Assembly (NCBI GenBank): GCA_030740765.1
Contig: JASLWR010000010.1
Span: 7,819 to 71,818, forward strand
Source of the DNA: Thermoplasmatota archaeon
GTDB taxonomy: Archaea; Thermoplasmatota; Penumbrarchaeia; JASLWR01
Reading direction: 5' to 3'
DNA length: 64,000 nucleotides
Part shown: piece by piece, positions 1 through 11,600 of the stretch
How the letters are laid out: each line of letters starts with the position of its first letter
Numbering within the stretch: the first letter of the stretch is position 1
Notes under the pieces: model-generated
What the model saw: the letters and a program-made list of their open reading frames with translations, nothing else
Databases searched by the model: none
What the model was told of the DNA's origin: nothing
Made by a program: the position numbers and the translations under genes

Positions 1-161
1 TCTTTCACCACTTCTAGTAAAATGTAGTTCGGCCATAATTTTAAACTATATAAAAAGTTAACCACGTCTTTTTTAGTAGTTTCTAATATTATGTTTATAT
101 ATTTACATTAACAATGTGTTTTCCAGTTATGTTTTGTATGTTAAGGTTCCTTCAGGGCCCC

Positions 162-1211
162 TCACGTCATGTATTTTAAGTCATCATCAAAATTCATTGA
201 GGGACATTGGATACCGCTATTGAATTCATTCCTTAAATCGAATAAATTCTCTTTCAGTTCATCCAGCCCTATCTTTTCGAAGCTGGACACAAGAAGCCAT
301 TTCTCCTTTCTTTTCGTGAGAAATAACTCGCTCCTATCCTTTTCTACATCCGTCTTAGATACGACATGAATGAGTGGAACTTCCCCAAAATAATTTTCCA
401 CTGCATCGAGAAGTTTTTCCTGTCTTTTCAATGGATAACCACAATACTCCGAAGCATCCATTACGAAAATAATGGCATGAGCGAGGTACTTGAGAGCGGA
501 GAAGGCACGCTTCTCGAAATCATTGTGTTCCTCCGGTGGTCTCTCGAGTATACCAGGGGTGTCTATGATCTGTATTCGTTCGGTAAATCTGCGTACCTTC
601 CGCATGAGATGTCCCACTATCACGTCGTGTGTGGTGAAAGGATAATGAGCGATCTCGGGTGCTGCCGTGGAGAGTTCATTAACGAGAGCCGACTTGCCCA
701 CATTTGGAAACCCCGCCACCACAACCGTGAACACGTCACTTGCGATATCAGGCATCTTGCGAAGAACCTCTCTTACTTCCGAGAGCAGAACAAGGGCATC
801 ATCGATGTTACCTACGAGGGACGACACCCTACCGTACACCGATCTGCTTATACTTTTGATCTCTTCCGTATTACGTGACCGTTTGATCCTTACGAGAGCC
901 TTGCCGCAGATGCTTCTTATACTTTTTCTTATCCCATCCGCCCGACCGAGGGATATTCTTATCTGGTCTATGGAGAACTGGATGTCCATCATTTCGGCAG
1001 CAAAGGGATGCAGATTATCGAAGGATGGGAAGGACCGGATCATCTTCAATAGTTTCGAATCCAGAAGGTCCGATACGGATTTTATTTTACTGGTTTCGGT
1101 CTTTTTTATTCTGAAATAGGGTTTCTTGTCATCCACTGTAATCTTCGAAGCCCTGTGGAAAGCAAAGTCCAACAGTTCCTGGGCCAGAAGTATCGTAGGT
1201 ATGTTCTTCAT
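162..1211 (-). CDS. NOG1/Nog1-like GTP-binding protein (archaeal ribosome-biogenesis GTPase family)
   Basis: 349 aa; central G domain with a P-loop (GFPNVGKSAL), followed by FTT...D and TPGIL motifs typical of Obg/NOG1-type GTPases, plus an N-terminal NOG1-like helical region. Assigned by motif only. Confidence 0.65.
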   Translation of the reverse strand: MKNIPTILLAQELLDFAFHRASKITVDDKKPYFRIKKTETSKIKSVSDLLDSKLLKMIRSFPSFDNLHPFAAEMMDIQFSIDQIRISLGRADGIRKSIRSICGKALVRIKRSRNTEEIKSISRSVYGRVSSLVGNIDDALVLLSEVREVLRKMPDIASDVFTVVVAGFPNVGKSALVNELSTAAPEIAHYPFTTHDVIVGHLMRKVRRFTERIQIIDTPGILERPPEEHNDFEKRAFSALKYLAHAIIFVMDASEYCGYPLKRQEKLLDAVENYFGEVPLIHVVSKTDVEKDRSELFLTKRKEKWLLVSSFEKIGLDELKENLFDLRNEFNSGIQCPSMNFDDDLKYMT

Positions 1212-1432
1212 CCCGGGGGTAATAAATCAACCGTCATTTATAGTTTCGGTGGGTATGAATGCAAAAGAATAAATCATACGCATAATCATAATACTGTCAT
1301 CATATTCCCACCGAGCTCGATAAAACGAAAATCATAGTATAGTGTGGTAATTGTGTGAGTCCAAAAAGCATAAATACCCGGGTAGGTTTCATACATAATG
1401 AAGCCTGTTAGGCAATTCAAAGGGGGATCATA

Positions 1433-2446
1433 TTGTTTTTCAAAAAGGACGGTACCATCATAAAAAGGTTCTACCGAAAGGAACCTTCCCCCATCAAGGT
1501 CTTGTGCCTAAGGCTGGTATTTATTTTCATTCTTCTTCTTCTGGTGGCCGGTATCTTTTGGGGTCTTGAAAAAGATGAGATCAAGGATAGCTACGATGGC
1601 CATCTTTCATACATTGACTCACTCTATTTTACAATCGTTACAGTGACCACACTGGGATACGGTGATATCGTACCTGTAACGGAAAGGGCTCGAATGGTTG
1701 ACGCATTTATCATCACACCTGTGAGGATGCTCGTCTGGGTCCTCTTTATAGGAACGGCATACCAGTTCGTGATACAGAGATTCTGGGAGGAATACCGAAT
1801 GAACCGTCTTTTGAAGAAGTTGAAGGGACATGTGATTATAGCAGGGTACGGCAGCACTGGCGCAGCTACGGTGAATGAGCTGGTCCATAAGGGTTATGAT
1901 GATGACCGGCTTATAGCCATCGATAAAAAGGAAGACAATGTAAAAGAGGCCGCTGAAGCGGGAGCTACAGGAATTCTCGGAGATTCCGCTAGTGAGGATG
2001 TTCTCACAAGGGCTGGGATCCATGGTGCGGCAGTCATCATCATTACAACTCCTCATGATGATACGAATGTGCTTATCGCTCTTACAGCAAAGGACCTCAA
2101 TCCAGGGATAAAGATCATTTCCCGGGTACGTCAGCACGAGAACATCAAACAGCTAAAACGAGCGGGGGCGGATGTGATCATCTCACCATCTCTTACCAGC
2201 GGAAACCTCATGGCTGTGGCTGTGTCCAACAGTAACAGTGTTGAGTTGATCGGGGAGCTGTTGACGACAAGTCGAGGTGCAAACGTTCACCAGCGCCGGG
2301 TGTTGGACCCTGAGATTGGTAAATCCCCAAAAGCTTTGAAAGGGATAGTGGTACTAGGCTTGGTTCGAAAGGGAAATAACATAGGGCCCGGTGATCTTGA
2401 CGGACAGATACTTCGAAAAAATGACGAAATAATTCTTATTGAATGA
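1433..2446 (+). CDS. Potassium channel with RCK/TrkA-N and TrkA-C domains (MthK-like)
   Basis: N-terminal TM helices. K+ selectivity filter TTLGYGD. Rossmann-type RCK motif IIAGYGSTGA. C-terminal TrkA-C-like segment. Confidence 0.85.
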   Translation: MFFKKDGTIIKRFYRKEPSPIKVLCLRLVFIFILLLLVAGIFWGLEKDEIKDSYDGHLSYIDSLYFTIVTVTTLGYGDIVPVTERARMVDAFIITPVRMLVWVLFIGTAYQFVIQRFWEEYRMNRLLKKLKGHVIIAGYGSTGAATVNELVHKGYDDDRLIAIDKKEDNVKEAAEAGATGILGDSASEDVLTRAGIHGAAVIIITTPHDDTNVLIALTAKDLNPGIKIISRVRQHENIKQLKRAGADVIISPSLTSGNLMAVAVSNSNSVELIGELLTTSRGANVHQRRVLDPEIGKSPKALKGIVVLGLVRKGNNIGPGDLDGQILRKNDEIILIE

Positions 2447-2475
2447 ACGCAATTTGGGGAAAATATTAGAGGACT

Positions 2476-2987
2476 GTGATACTGAATCTGAGGGATTCCA
2501 TGGGTAAGACAGAAGCATTGAAGCGTATCGAAGAAGCCGCTGGGGCCGGATGGACGCATCTGAATCTATCATATTACCAACTGGAAAAGCTGCCACCTGA
2601 GATCTCAAAACTCAAGGAATTGAAAGATCTGTATCTGATAAAGAATAAATTGACCGACCTTCCCCCCGAGATAGGGACCTTTAAGAAACTCAAATATTTG
2701 TTCCTCGGAAAAAATAAAATATCGAAATTACATGCTGGAATTGGTAATCTTGAGAATCTGAAGGTCCTTCACCTTGATGGAAACCGGTTAATGGACCTTC
2801 TCCCGAAATATGGGATCTCAAGAACCTTCGCGTCCTCGATCTGTCGGATAATCTGTTAACCGACCTGCCCCCCGGCATAGCCAATCTCACCGAGCTGAGG
2901 ACACTTCTCCTGGAAGGTAATAACCTGGAAACACTTCCTCCTGAGATAAAGAAACTGGCAAACCTTACCACTATAGAATTCGGGTAA
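2476..2987 (+). pseudogene. Leucine-rich repeat (LRR) protein, disrupted by a frameshift near 2806
   Basis: Tandem ~23-aa LRR units (LxxLxxLxLxxNxLTDLPPEI). The ORF terminates as ...[17 protein letters not shown]. The +1 frame continues with canonical LRR units ([62 protein letters not shown]) down to the TAA at 2985-2987. The break is consistent with a single missing C in cttc[c]tcccgaa at about 2806. Confidence 0.6.
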
Positions 2988-3088
2988 TCTTTGAACTGTA
3001 CGTCAACACAATATCCCTGAAAATGAAATTAAACTTCTACCAGACTCGTAGTGCGTTCTTCGTAATCCTCCAAGCTCTTTTTTTTCTC

Positions 3089-3949
3089 CTAGATTCCAAG
3101 AAGGACCGCTGCGCCTATTGCAAGAACGACACCTGTAACACGGGCTACAGTTATCCTCTCTTTGTAGAATATCATTGAAAGCAAGATCGGTACGATGAAT
3201 GACAGACCGACAAGAGTAGCTATAATTGACAATCTGTATAAAGCGAAGGCTCGCAAAAGCGAGATGAAACCAAAGAAGTTCACAATACCAATACTGATAC
3301 CTATGATCACAGATGCATTTGTGATTTGTTTTCCCCCCTTCTCCTTAAAATTTTTTGCAGCAGTTAGAGAGATAAATATATTCAAACCGTATGACAATGT
3401 GATAAATGCCAGAGGGGTCTTAAGAGAAGAGGCGAACTTGACTATCACGGTGACCGTGGCAGTGGCGAGAAATGCCACAGATAGAAGTATGACCGCCTTC
3501 AAGCGCATTCCTCTTTCTATCCTCCTTCTCTCACCCTTTCCCATGAGAATTAATATCACCAGGAGAGAGAGTACTATCCCTATCCACTGATATGATGAGA
3601 GAGAATCGTGAAAGTACAGAAGAGAGAATAAAACCACCAGTCCCGTGCTGGAACGAATCACAGGATAGAACACGTTGGCAGGAATGATCTTCAATCCCTC
3701 CATGGTACAGGATGTGCTGATGAAAAAGAATATGGCATTTAGTATGGATAAAATAACGAGGGCTCCGGGGCTTTTTATCTTTTCACCGAACATGAAAAAT
3801 GAAGCCGCTGCTAAGATTGTCACCGTGCTCATGAAGAAGAACATTGTTACGGCAGTGTTGCACCCTTTCTTTGCGGATACCTTGTAGAGAAAACCCTGCA
3901 ATCCATAGCACAGCAAGGCCACGGCGGCATATCCGTACCACATGGTCAT
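3089..3949 (-). CDS. EamA-like (DMT superfamily) membrane transporter
   Basis: About 10 predicted TM helices and a two-lobed EamA-like architecture. The ORF track starts at 4072, but the likely start is the internal Met at 3949 (MTMWYGYAAVALL...). Family assignment is from hydropathy pattern only. Confidence 0.5.
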   Translation of the reverse strand: MTMWYGYAAVALLCYGLQGFLYKVSAKKGCNTAVTMFFFMSTVTILAAASFFMFGEKIKSPGALVILSILNAIFFFISTSCTMEGLKIIPANVFYPVIRSSTGLVVLFSLLYFHDSLSSYQWIGIVLSLLVILILMGKGERRRIERGMRLKAVILLSVAFLATATVTVIVKFASSLKTPLAFITLSYGLNIFISLTAAKNFKEKGGKQITNASVIIGISIGIVNFFGFISLLRAFALYRLSIIATLVGLSFIVPILLSMIFYKERITVARVTGVVLAIGAAVLLGI

Positions 3950-4275
3950 AGCCGGTTTAGTCAAAAAACTGATATTTAAATATGGGTGCCATAATAATCG
4001 GCGCAAGGATGCTGGTTGATTCATATAGAAATGTACTTGGGTTTGCTCAGGTATCGTTTGACAAGCCTTCAAATTGACCCTTTAAACCGGGAAAAAGGCC
4101 GCCGACCTTTAGTCCGCTCATTAAAGCATACATTGTATTGGTGGAAAAAATTATATATAAACGATTTTTGTTTAGGTGCTGGAAAAATAGGTCACTCACT
4201 GTCAATTGTACATAATATATAATAATATGGCAAAAATGGCGATGACCGCTTAACAAGATATGAAACAATGAAAAA

Positions 4276-7143
4276 TTGGAAATATATAGGGAGTTGAAAA
4301 GAATGGAAAAACGATTTCTTGGATTGAAGACAACCATATTGGCTCTAGTGTTACTCTTATCAGTAATCCTTTTGAGTCCGGCATTGGTTGCAGACGAAGC
4401 ACCAACCGATGAGACACGTCTACAGATTAGGGTCAAAGACAGCGACACCAATCGACCACTCAACGGAGCCTCTATTTCAATAAGGAATCTCCAGACTGGG
4501 AATGTAATAACAGTCACTCCGGATGATGCAAAATACCGGCTTGATGACACCCCTGGTTTTTTCAGTATATCTGCCTCTTCCAAGGGTTATTACGATCTTG
4601 GGGATGGGTATACGGAAGTCATGGTATTGAAGGGAGATAGTACCAACGTCGAATTGAAACTGAAGAAATACAGCTTCGACTATACCATCTCCGGTAATGT
4701 CACCTACCCCAATGGCACTGTAAATGAGACACTGAACAGCACCTATCTCACACTCCAGTGTATCGATGAGGGGAATCTCAGTTACGAAGCATCCACTTAT
4801 GGCGCGAATACCTCTTATGTAATAAACCAAACGGGGGCTAACGCTTCCTACGATTTCGAGGTCTTCCCCGGAACCTACACTCTCACAGTGGAGAATGACG
4901 GATATATCGTGCAGATAAAAACCGTGAGTGTAAGCAATACATCCATGACTGTGGATTTCGAGTTGGACGAAGGGGAGCTGGAATTTATTATATACGGATA
5001 TGCGGAGGATGAGAGCACCTGGGACCCCGTAGAGGGATTATCCATTAAGGTGTACGATACAATAACTCATCGCGAGATCATCACGTCCTTCAACGATACG
5101 GACGATTATTTCGAACTGGAACTCTATCCTTCCACCTTCGATATCATTCTGGACGCAGAGGGATATAGTCCTTACGTCCAAAACGGCATAACACTTAATG
5201 TTAGCAATCCTTCCCTGGAGATATTCCCACAGTTTGACAAGGATGTCGAAGAGATTATATCCATCGAACTAACGGTTCAGGGAGATGATTTCTCCACCCT
5301 TCAAGTGGTCAAGGATTGGCAGCTAAATTCAGACTCATTGGTACCTGGTATCGATGATGGTCCCGGGAATCTTAAAATGAAGATCGACTCGGACGAGCGC
5401 TTCGGTAATGACGACGGGACACTTAGCGACGCCGAGATTCTCGTCTTCAAGAGCTGGTTCGAGAAGACAGGTCCTGAATACCTCTACTCGGATGATTTCT
5501 TCAAGGTGAACGATACCGCATTCGATCCCGACATCATAACTGGTCAGACCTTCAATTATACTGTCACCCTCTACAATTTCAACAATAGTGTGGACAATAT
5601 ATCAGGTATGCGTATAAAAACCTCCATGATCTACGAAACCGAGAAACTGGATAACCCGGACCAGCTGGCATACAAGGTATGGCTGGGTAATCTTGAAGAG
5701 GATTATGATGTGATCTTCGGACCCTCCTACGAGATAGTAACTGTAGAAGACGATAACTGGAATCTCGCGCTGGATGACAATGATGAAGCGATACCCAACC
5801 AGGCAGTGATCAAGAACGCAACCACGCTTGAGGTTTTTGCCAAAAAGGCTCCGGTAGCAAATATCACCGTCACCATCAACGAAAAAACATATTATTCCGA
5901 CGATGAGATCTTTGCTGGTTCCGCAACTGATGACACAGTGGTGAAGGATGACTACGAGAATATCACCTTCGATGCCACCGGTTCTACTGACAAAGTAGGC
6001 GAGATCATAAATTACACTTGGAACTTCGGTGATGGAAATTCCGCTTACGGAGAACTTGTCACGCACAACTACACATTGGCAAAGGGTAGCACGAAGACCT
6101 ATGAGGTTTCACTCACGCTACTTGACAGTGCGGGAGCAGTAAACGGCATCAAGGACAGCAAGGTGCAGATAGTAGTGGACGCTAAGGCACCTATCCTACC
6201 ATCCAGCGAACTTCTAATTGAAACAGCGATGGGGGAGAGAAACCAATCCGGTATTATCGATTTGAACGCCACCAGTGCATCGGATGATGAAGCCGGAAGC
6301 GGTATACCTGACTCAGCAGGCAGTTACCTCTGGGAATTCGATAACGGTGTGGAGTCCTTCGGCAAAACCATCGAACACGTTTTCCGGGATGCGGGAGATA
6401 CCACCGTCAACCTGACCGTAAAGGATAAGGTGGGAAACAAGAACAAGGCATCCTTTGAGATAAATATACGGGATACTGAGGGACCCATCGTTACGATTGT
6501 GGCTGATATTAAGGCCGAGGTTAGCGAGGATATCTTCCTGAACGCGAATACCACCTCTGATAATATGGATGAGTTGAACCATCTTAAGTTCGATTGGGAT
6601 TTCAACGATACAGCTGTTAATGCGGAGTCCGAAAGAACTGGGGTGAACCTTACCATAAAATACGGAAAACCCGGTACCTATGTGATTACACTGAACGTAT
6701 CGGATAACTCCAATAACTCGGTGATAGCGATACATACGATTACCATTACTGCGCCGGATCTCATAGTTTCGAAGCTCGATCTATCGGACCTCGAACCCCG
6801 CGCAGGAGAGGCAGTTGACATCACTGCCACTATAAGGAACGAAGGAGGTTCCGGTGCAAAGAACTTCACCGTTTCTTTACTGATCGATGACGTTGAAGTG
6901 GCAGGGCAGTCCGAAAAAGTTCAGTTCCTCCTTGCAGGTGCCGAATGGGTTGTTAACTTTACCTGGGAAGCCGAAGCCGGCGTCCACGATATCAAGATAA
7001 GCGTGGATTATAATGATGTATCCAAGCAGGTGCAGGTTGACGTCACTGATGAAAATTCCTATCAGGCACTGATCATAGTTATCCTTCTGATCGTGATTGC
7101 CATCGTGGTCTTCGTCGTGCTGAAGAAGAGGCGCGGTCTTTAA
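4276..7143 (+). CDS. Giant cell-surface glycoprotein with PKD and CARDB domains and a C-terminal TM anchor
   Basis: N-terminal signal peptide/TM (LALVLLLSVILLSPALVA). Very many N-x-S/T sequons. At least three PKD-like units (NYTWNFGDGNSAYG...; YLWEFDNGVESFG...; FDWDFNDTAVNAES...). CARDB-like unit (DLSDLEPRAGEAVDITATIRNEGGSGAKNFTVSLLIDD). C-terminal TM ALIIVILLIVIAIVVFVVL followed by KKRRGL. Confidence 0.8.
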   Translation: MEIYRELKRMEKRFLGLKTTILALVLLLSVILLSPALVADEAPTDETRLQIRVKDSDTNRPLNGASISIRNLQTGNVITVTPDDAKYRLDDTPGFFSISASSKGYYDLGDGYTEVMVLKGDSTNVELKLKKYSFDYTISGNVTYPNGTVNETLNSTYLTLQCIDEGNLSYEASTYGANTSYVINQTGANASYDFEVFPGTYTLTVENDGYIVQIKTVSVSNTSMTVDFELDEGELEFIIYGYAEDESTWDPVEGLSIKVYDTITHREIITSFNDTDDYFELELYPSTFDIILDAEGYSPYVQNGITLNVSNPSLEIFPQFDKDVEEIISIELTVQGDDFSTLQVVKDWQLNSDSLVPGIDDGPGNLKMKIDSDERFGNDDGTLSDAEILVFKSWFEKTGPEYLYSDDFFKVNDTAFDPDIITGQTFNYTVTLYNFNNSVDNISGMRIKTSMIYETEKLDNPDQLAYKVWLGNLEEDYDVIFGPSYEIVTVEDDNWNLALDDNDEAIPNQAVIKNATTLEVFAKKAPVANITVTINEKTYYSDDEIFAGSATDDTVVKDDYENITFDATGSTDKVGEIINYTWNFGDGNSAYGELVTHNYTLAKGSTKTYEVSLTLLDSAGAVNGIKDSKVQIVVDAKAPILPSSELLIETAMGERNQSGIIDLNATSASDDEAGSGIPDSAGSYLWEFDNGVESFGKTIEHVFRDAGDTTVNLTVKDKVGNKNKASFEINIRDTEGPIVTIVADIKAEVSEDIFLNANTTSDNMDELNHLKFDWDFNDTAVNAESERTGVNLTIKYGKPGTYVITLNVSDNSNNSVIAIHTITITAPDLIVSKLDLSDLEPRAGEAVDITATIRNEGGSGAKNFTVSLLIDDVEVAGQSEKVQFLLAGAEWVVNFTWEAEAGVHDIKISVDYNDVSKQVQVDVTDENSYQALIIVILLIVIAIVVFVVLKKRRGL

Positions 7144-7305
7144 GACCGTAATAATTTCCTTTGAAGGAATAACCGTCTGACCTGGACGAAAAAATACATG
7201 ATTAGTGGTAGCTTTTTTCAGGTAGCAATAAAGAATGGGTAATTCCAGTTAATAAAACTCGGTTTGCACAATTGGATAAGTTTAAGAAATTCAAAGCAGT
7301 TATAA

Positions 7306-7725
7306 TCAATCTCCGATTATCTGGAGAATGACTGTCCTGTCTCTTGGTCTTGCATCGAGTTCGCAGAATATTACCTGCTGCCACTTTCCCAGCAGCATAT
7401 TTTTATCGTTAAAGGGAACTGTAAGAGAGGGTCCAAGCATGGAAGCCCTCACGTGGGAGTGGCCGTTTCCGTCATGCCATCGGAGGTGGTGTTCGTACAC
7501 CAATCCCTTGGGAAACAGCCGTTCGAGAGCATCGGGGAAGTCTGCCAATAATCCTGGTTCATATTCGATGGTAGTAATGGCTCCCGTTGCACCAGGTACG
7601 TGAATGTTTACGATTCCATTTGTTATTGAGCACTTCTCAAGTTCGGCCGCCACCTTGCCGGTGATATCTATCAACTGTACCTCACCCTTCGTACTGAACT
7701 TCAATTCTCGTGTTTCAACTGTCAT
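7306..7725 (-). CDS. YjbQ/UPF0047 family protein (secondary thiamine-phosphate synthase-like)
   Basis: 139 aa. Pattern ...IDIT...VNIHVPGATGAITTIEYEPGLLADF...HDGNGHSHVRASMLGPSLTVP matches the conserved YjbQ fold signature. Confidence 0.75.
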   Translation of the reverse strand: MTVETRELKFSTKGEVQLIDITGKVAAELEKCSITNGIVNIHVPGATGAITTIEYEPGLLADFPDALERLFPKGLVYEHHLRWHDGNGHSHVRASMLGPSLTVPFNDKNMLLGKWQQVIFCELDARPRDRTVILQIIGD

Positions 7726-7756
7726 TTAATAAACCCCTTTTCCTACTTTCGACCGG

Positions 7757-8578
7757 TCACTTGATCTCTTTTTTACAAAAGGGACATACCGGAGTACCTA
7801 TTTTTATAAAATTCCCGCATTCCGGGCATTCCTTGACGACCTTTTCGTCATCTGTGATAAAGGTGTGTACTTCTTCGGTGCCGCCCTTATCCCAGAAAAG
7901 CCCTTTCTCATCAATCCCCTCCGACTCGTTCCTTTCGCCACCCAGCATCTCCCCCGCTGCTTTCATTCCTACTTCAAGAGCGATCTCCATTATTCCGTCG
8001 ATGTCGGGTAATTCCCCATCTCCAGAAATATCCGGGTCCTCTTTACTGGGAATGATGGCCGTGAACATTTTCTCTATATTATTCTCCTCACCCATCTCCC
8101 CGTTTCCTCCCAGTTGGCCCATGAGCATGGAGGTGATCTCTCCTAGGCTGCCCAGCAGTTCATTCATGTCCTGGGAGGATGGCATGATTTCGAGATTTCC
8201 CTGCATTTGTTCAATCTCTTTGCCATGCTTTTTCATCACATGGGCCACCATGTTGTTAAGATCGGTGTTTTCCTTCCCGCAGAACATACATCTCGTAAGA
8301 CCGGTCATCAGCATCTTATCAAAAGCGTTCTTTGTATCTTTTGGTAGGTTAGAAAGTAACTCGTCGGGTTTTTCCCATTTTGTCTCCTTGCTTGACTCTT
8401 TTTTAGGAGAAGCTTCGTTGGTATCGCCCCGAAAGCTTACGCTCTTATTTTCTTTCGGACCGTGAGAGAATATACCTTGGCTAATATCCTTTCCATGAGT
8501 ATCTTTCATGTGTTTTTTCAGAATCATGAAATCCTTCGATGAAAAACCACACAAAGTACAAGTGTATTCTTGAACCAA
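7757..8578 (-). CDS. Hypothetical protein with two N-terminal C2H2-type zinc fingers and a C-terminal zinc ribbon
   Basis: CTLCGFSSKDFMILKKHMKDTH and CMFCGKENTDLNNMVAHVMKKH are C2H2-type patterns. C-terminal CPECGNFIKIGTPVCPFCKKE is a zinc ribbon. The middle is acidic and low-complexity. Confidence 0.5.
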   Translation of the reverse strand: MVQEYTCTLCGFSSKDFMILKKHMKDTHGKDISQGIFSHGPKENKSVSFRGDTNEASPKKESSKETKWEKPDELLSNLPKDTKNAFDKMLMTGLTRCMFCGKENTDLNNMVAHVMKKHGKEIEQMQGNLEIMPSSQDMNELLGSLGEITSMLMGQLGGNGEMGEENNIEKMFTAIIPSKEDPDISGDGELPDIDGIMEIALEVGMKAAGEMLGGERNESEGIDEKGLFWDKGGTEEVHTFITDDEKVVKECPECGNFIKIGTPVCPFCKKEIK

Positions 8579-8611
8579 TATATCACCTTGATGGATCCCA
8601 TCGCTTTAGCG

Positions 8612-11600
8612 TCATTTACTGTCTTTACTACCCTCTTTAACCTGCGGTCCCCGATTTTTCTTCTTAATTATATAGATTGTTGCTGCGATTCCCCCTATGA
8701 GTAGCAGGATGAATACGATGATCCAGTTGATGGTGATCCCACCGATTGCGTGAGAGTGTTCTTCCGCCCCGTAGAAATTATGCCCGTTTATGGAGGTTCC
8801 CTCTTCCATTGCCACTGGTTTCTCCCAGGCATTGTTGGGTGTGAACATAACTATGTCAGGGTCGCCGTAATATACAAGATTCTCGAAAATATCCCACCAC
8901 CAACCGTCGATGAGGTACTGGATCCCCACATGGGTTATTCCCCTTACGTAAGACTGGCCAACAGTGTATCCACCGGTGGCCTGGTCCTTTGCGAACATTT
9001 CCATTGCGAAGGACGAATACCACGAGGTGAGCCACGGGTCAATGATCTGGAAGACGCTGCCGTGGCGCATGGTGGTAAGGTGAAGATAGGTATTTGCTAT
9101 GAGGCATGAGCCGGCGGAGAAACCAACAGAATGGATATTATCCATTGCGTCGTCCCACATGTATCCGGTTTGATGACCGGTCTGCCCCTGTTGTAAAATT
9201 GCGATTATCACTCCATCATGTGTTTCCGGAATAACACCCATATCTGATTTGGGTCCGGTGCTTGGCTGCAGATCGAGTCCGTAATATTTGCTCATTGTCA
9301 CCACATCGGGATCCTCCGTACTACCTCGCAGGCGGGTGAGATCTTGAAGGGGATTCTCCTCGATTATTCCCTCGCTTCCAATGCTGACCAGAGGGATGCC
9401 GTTCTCCTCATATCCGCGCCAGGGGTTGGGTTCTTTCTGATTTTCGTTCCAGAATCCCACAACGCCGCCACCGCTTGAGCCTCCGTGCATCACCTCGTAC
9501 CACATTATCACACCCCGGTTCAGGTTTTCCATGGTTTTATCGAAATTCGTGGTGAATACCTCATCGAAGTTACCCTTTTCACTGTAATACCTCACGATTT
9601 CCGAGGTGGTTATGTCGGGATATTTTCCTCCCAGCCCCTTATCTATCTCATCGGGTGAATCTGTGAAGAACGGAGTGATCCCGGTCCTGGTGGTGTAGGG
9701 ACACCCCCAGTATTCAGAGGCCAGTTCATTGAATTTGTGCTGGTAGGAAACCCATGTCTCAAGAACGGGGTTTGTTACCTCTATCTCTTTTTCATCTTCC
9801 GTGATCACCAGTCTTCCGGCAATGCGGGTCGAAGATGAACCGGTAATCCTTTTTCCGCCATGTTCATCCAGGGCCGGATTCACGCCTGGATTGGCATATA
9901 TCATGTATGGGTAGAATATGGATCGAGAGACCCAGTATGAAGTATCCACAGGGGTCCCCATTATTCGTCCGGGATAAGCTGCCTCGGTAAACATTCGATC
10001 CCATGCAGTGCCGATATCGAACTGCCCTGCAACCGTGAGCATGGATTCCTGTTTATCTGGTAGGTCAAACCCGTATTCAGCCAGATAATCGTATACCTGA
10101 AACCCGGTAAGTACCATGCAAGCCACGGAAGGCGCCCGTCTGCTCTGCGCTGCCAATCGCCAGAATTCATTATGCCATGCCTGTGAGCAGGATAGGGGTT
10201 CCGAAAGGTCCAAAATGATCAGTGGGGTTCCATGATGAGCCGCAGCATAAGCTCCCGGTCCAATGTAAAGGGCGCCTGATTCTTCCTGTTCAGGCGATTT
10301 GACACCACCCAACCAAGGATTCCAGGCGTTGATCGTGGAAAAAACTACGTCATTGCTCCACGTCCCGTTGAGAGCGGAACGGTCCTTGATCAATTTATAT
10401 ATTTTACCTACATCCTTGTATTCTGCAACCTCGAGGGATGTCTGGAATATCGAGCGGCAGTCCTCTATTCTTTCGGAGAGGTCCGCTGAGGCATATCCTT
10501 CGCGATTAACGAGAATGACCTCTGTCACACCCAGGGTGTCCATGGCGTTCTTCGTTGACTCCGGCACCGAGTCCATCTTCGTGTACAGAAGGGGCGCATT
10601 ATACATGGAGCCGATAACGGCACCCTGCGAAGCGGACCACAGGGCCCTTCCTTCTGTGATCGCTTTTGTTTGCTCCCATTTGTATGAAACCGTGAAATCG
10701 GTGGGCTTTGCCACATCATTAAGATTCACCACGCTGACCGCGTACTGACCTATTCCGAGTTCCGGTATTAATGCTGTTTTGACTTGATTATCAGAAATAT
10801 CGGCAAAAATCTCAGCTCCCGAAGGCCCATTAATGATAAGACCGAGTTTCTGGCTGGGATCGTCTGATTCCAGGGTAAACTCCGCATTTCTCGTCGAAAA
10901 GGATGTGAGCTCAGGCAATGGAATATCGACTCCAGGATAGATCGTTATATCTATTGTGTATTTTGCCTCGGAACCCGATGCAGATTTTGGATATTCAATT
11001 ACCGGTAAAGGTCCAACCGCTTTTTCGTTTTCCGTGGATTCAACAGTATCATTTTGTAGATCCTTCATTATTTCCTGAAGGGCGTCCATATCCTCATCCA
11101 GTGAAAGTAATTGCTCTGTAGGCATATACGTTACCGATGCTCTCCAATCTCCACTATGGTAGATATATGATCCAATATGTTCCTGTGGGCCGGATAATAC
11201 ATTCCATTCCTCAGAGGCTCCTACCTGACCGATCTCCATGTCGAATAGCTGCATATCGGGATCTTTCCCTCTCTCGATTAGTTTTCTTATCTGCTCAGGA
11301 GTCCAATCCTCACCCCAAATCATATGAGCAGTTACGTATTTGTAACCTTCCTCTATGTCGAAATCGTGGTCGTTAGGTTGCACCGGGCTTGGTTCCTTCG
11401 TTCCCTTGAAGGTAATCTTCTCCACCTGCTTGTCAGGAGTTTGACCGATGACTGAACCGCTGGTTTCAATCTTCTCGAATGGGTATTCTTCCTTTATCGG
11501 TACCAGTACGGCGTTCTTGCTGTATTCCCAATTATAGAGAGCAATGTCAGCGGCGGTATTGTAAGGATCCTTTCGAGATATCTCATGGGATGAGTTTTCT

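Noticed and set aside
1619-2137. 172-aa minus-strand ORF overlapping the K+ channel gene.
   Set aside because: It overlaps a high-confidence gene entirely and has no motifs. The channel frame contains the TTLGYGD filter and RCK motifs.
4047-4583. 178-aa minus-strand ORF overlapping the 5' end of the surface glycoprotein gene and its upstream region.
   Set aside because: No motifs. It overlaps the signal-peptide region of a strongly supported gene. Likely spurious.
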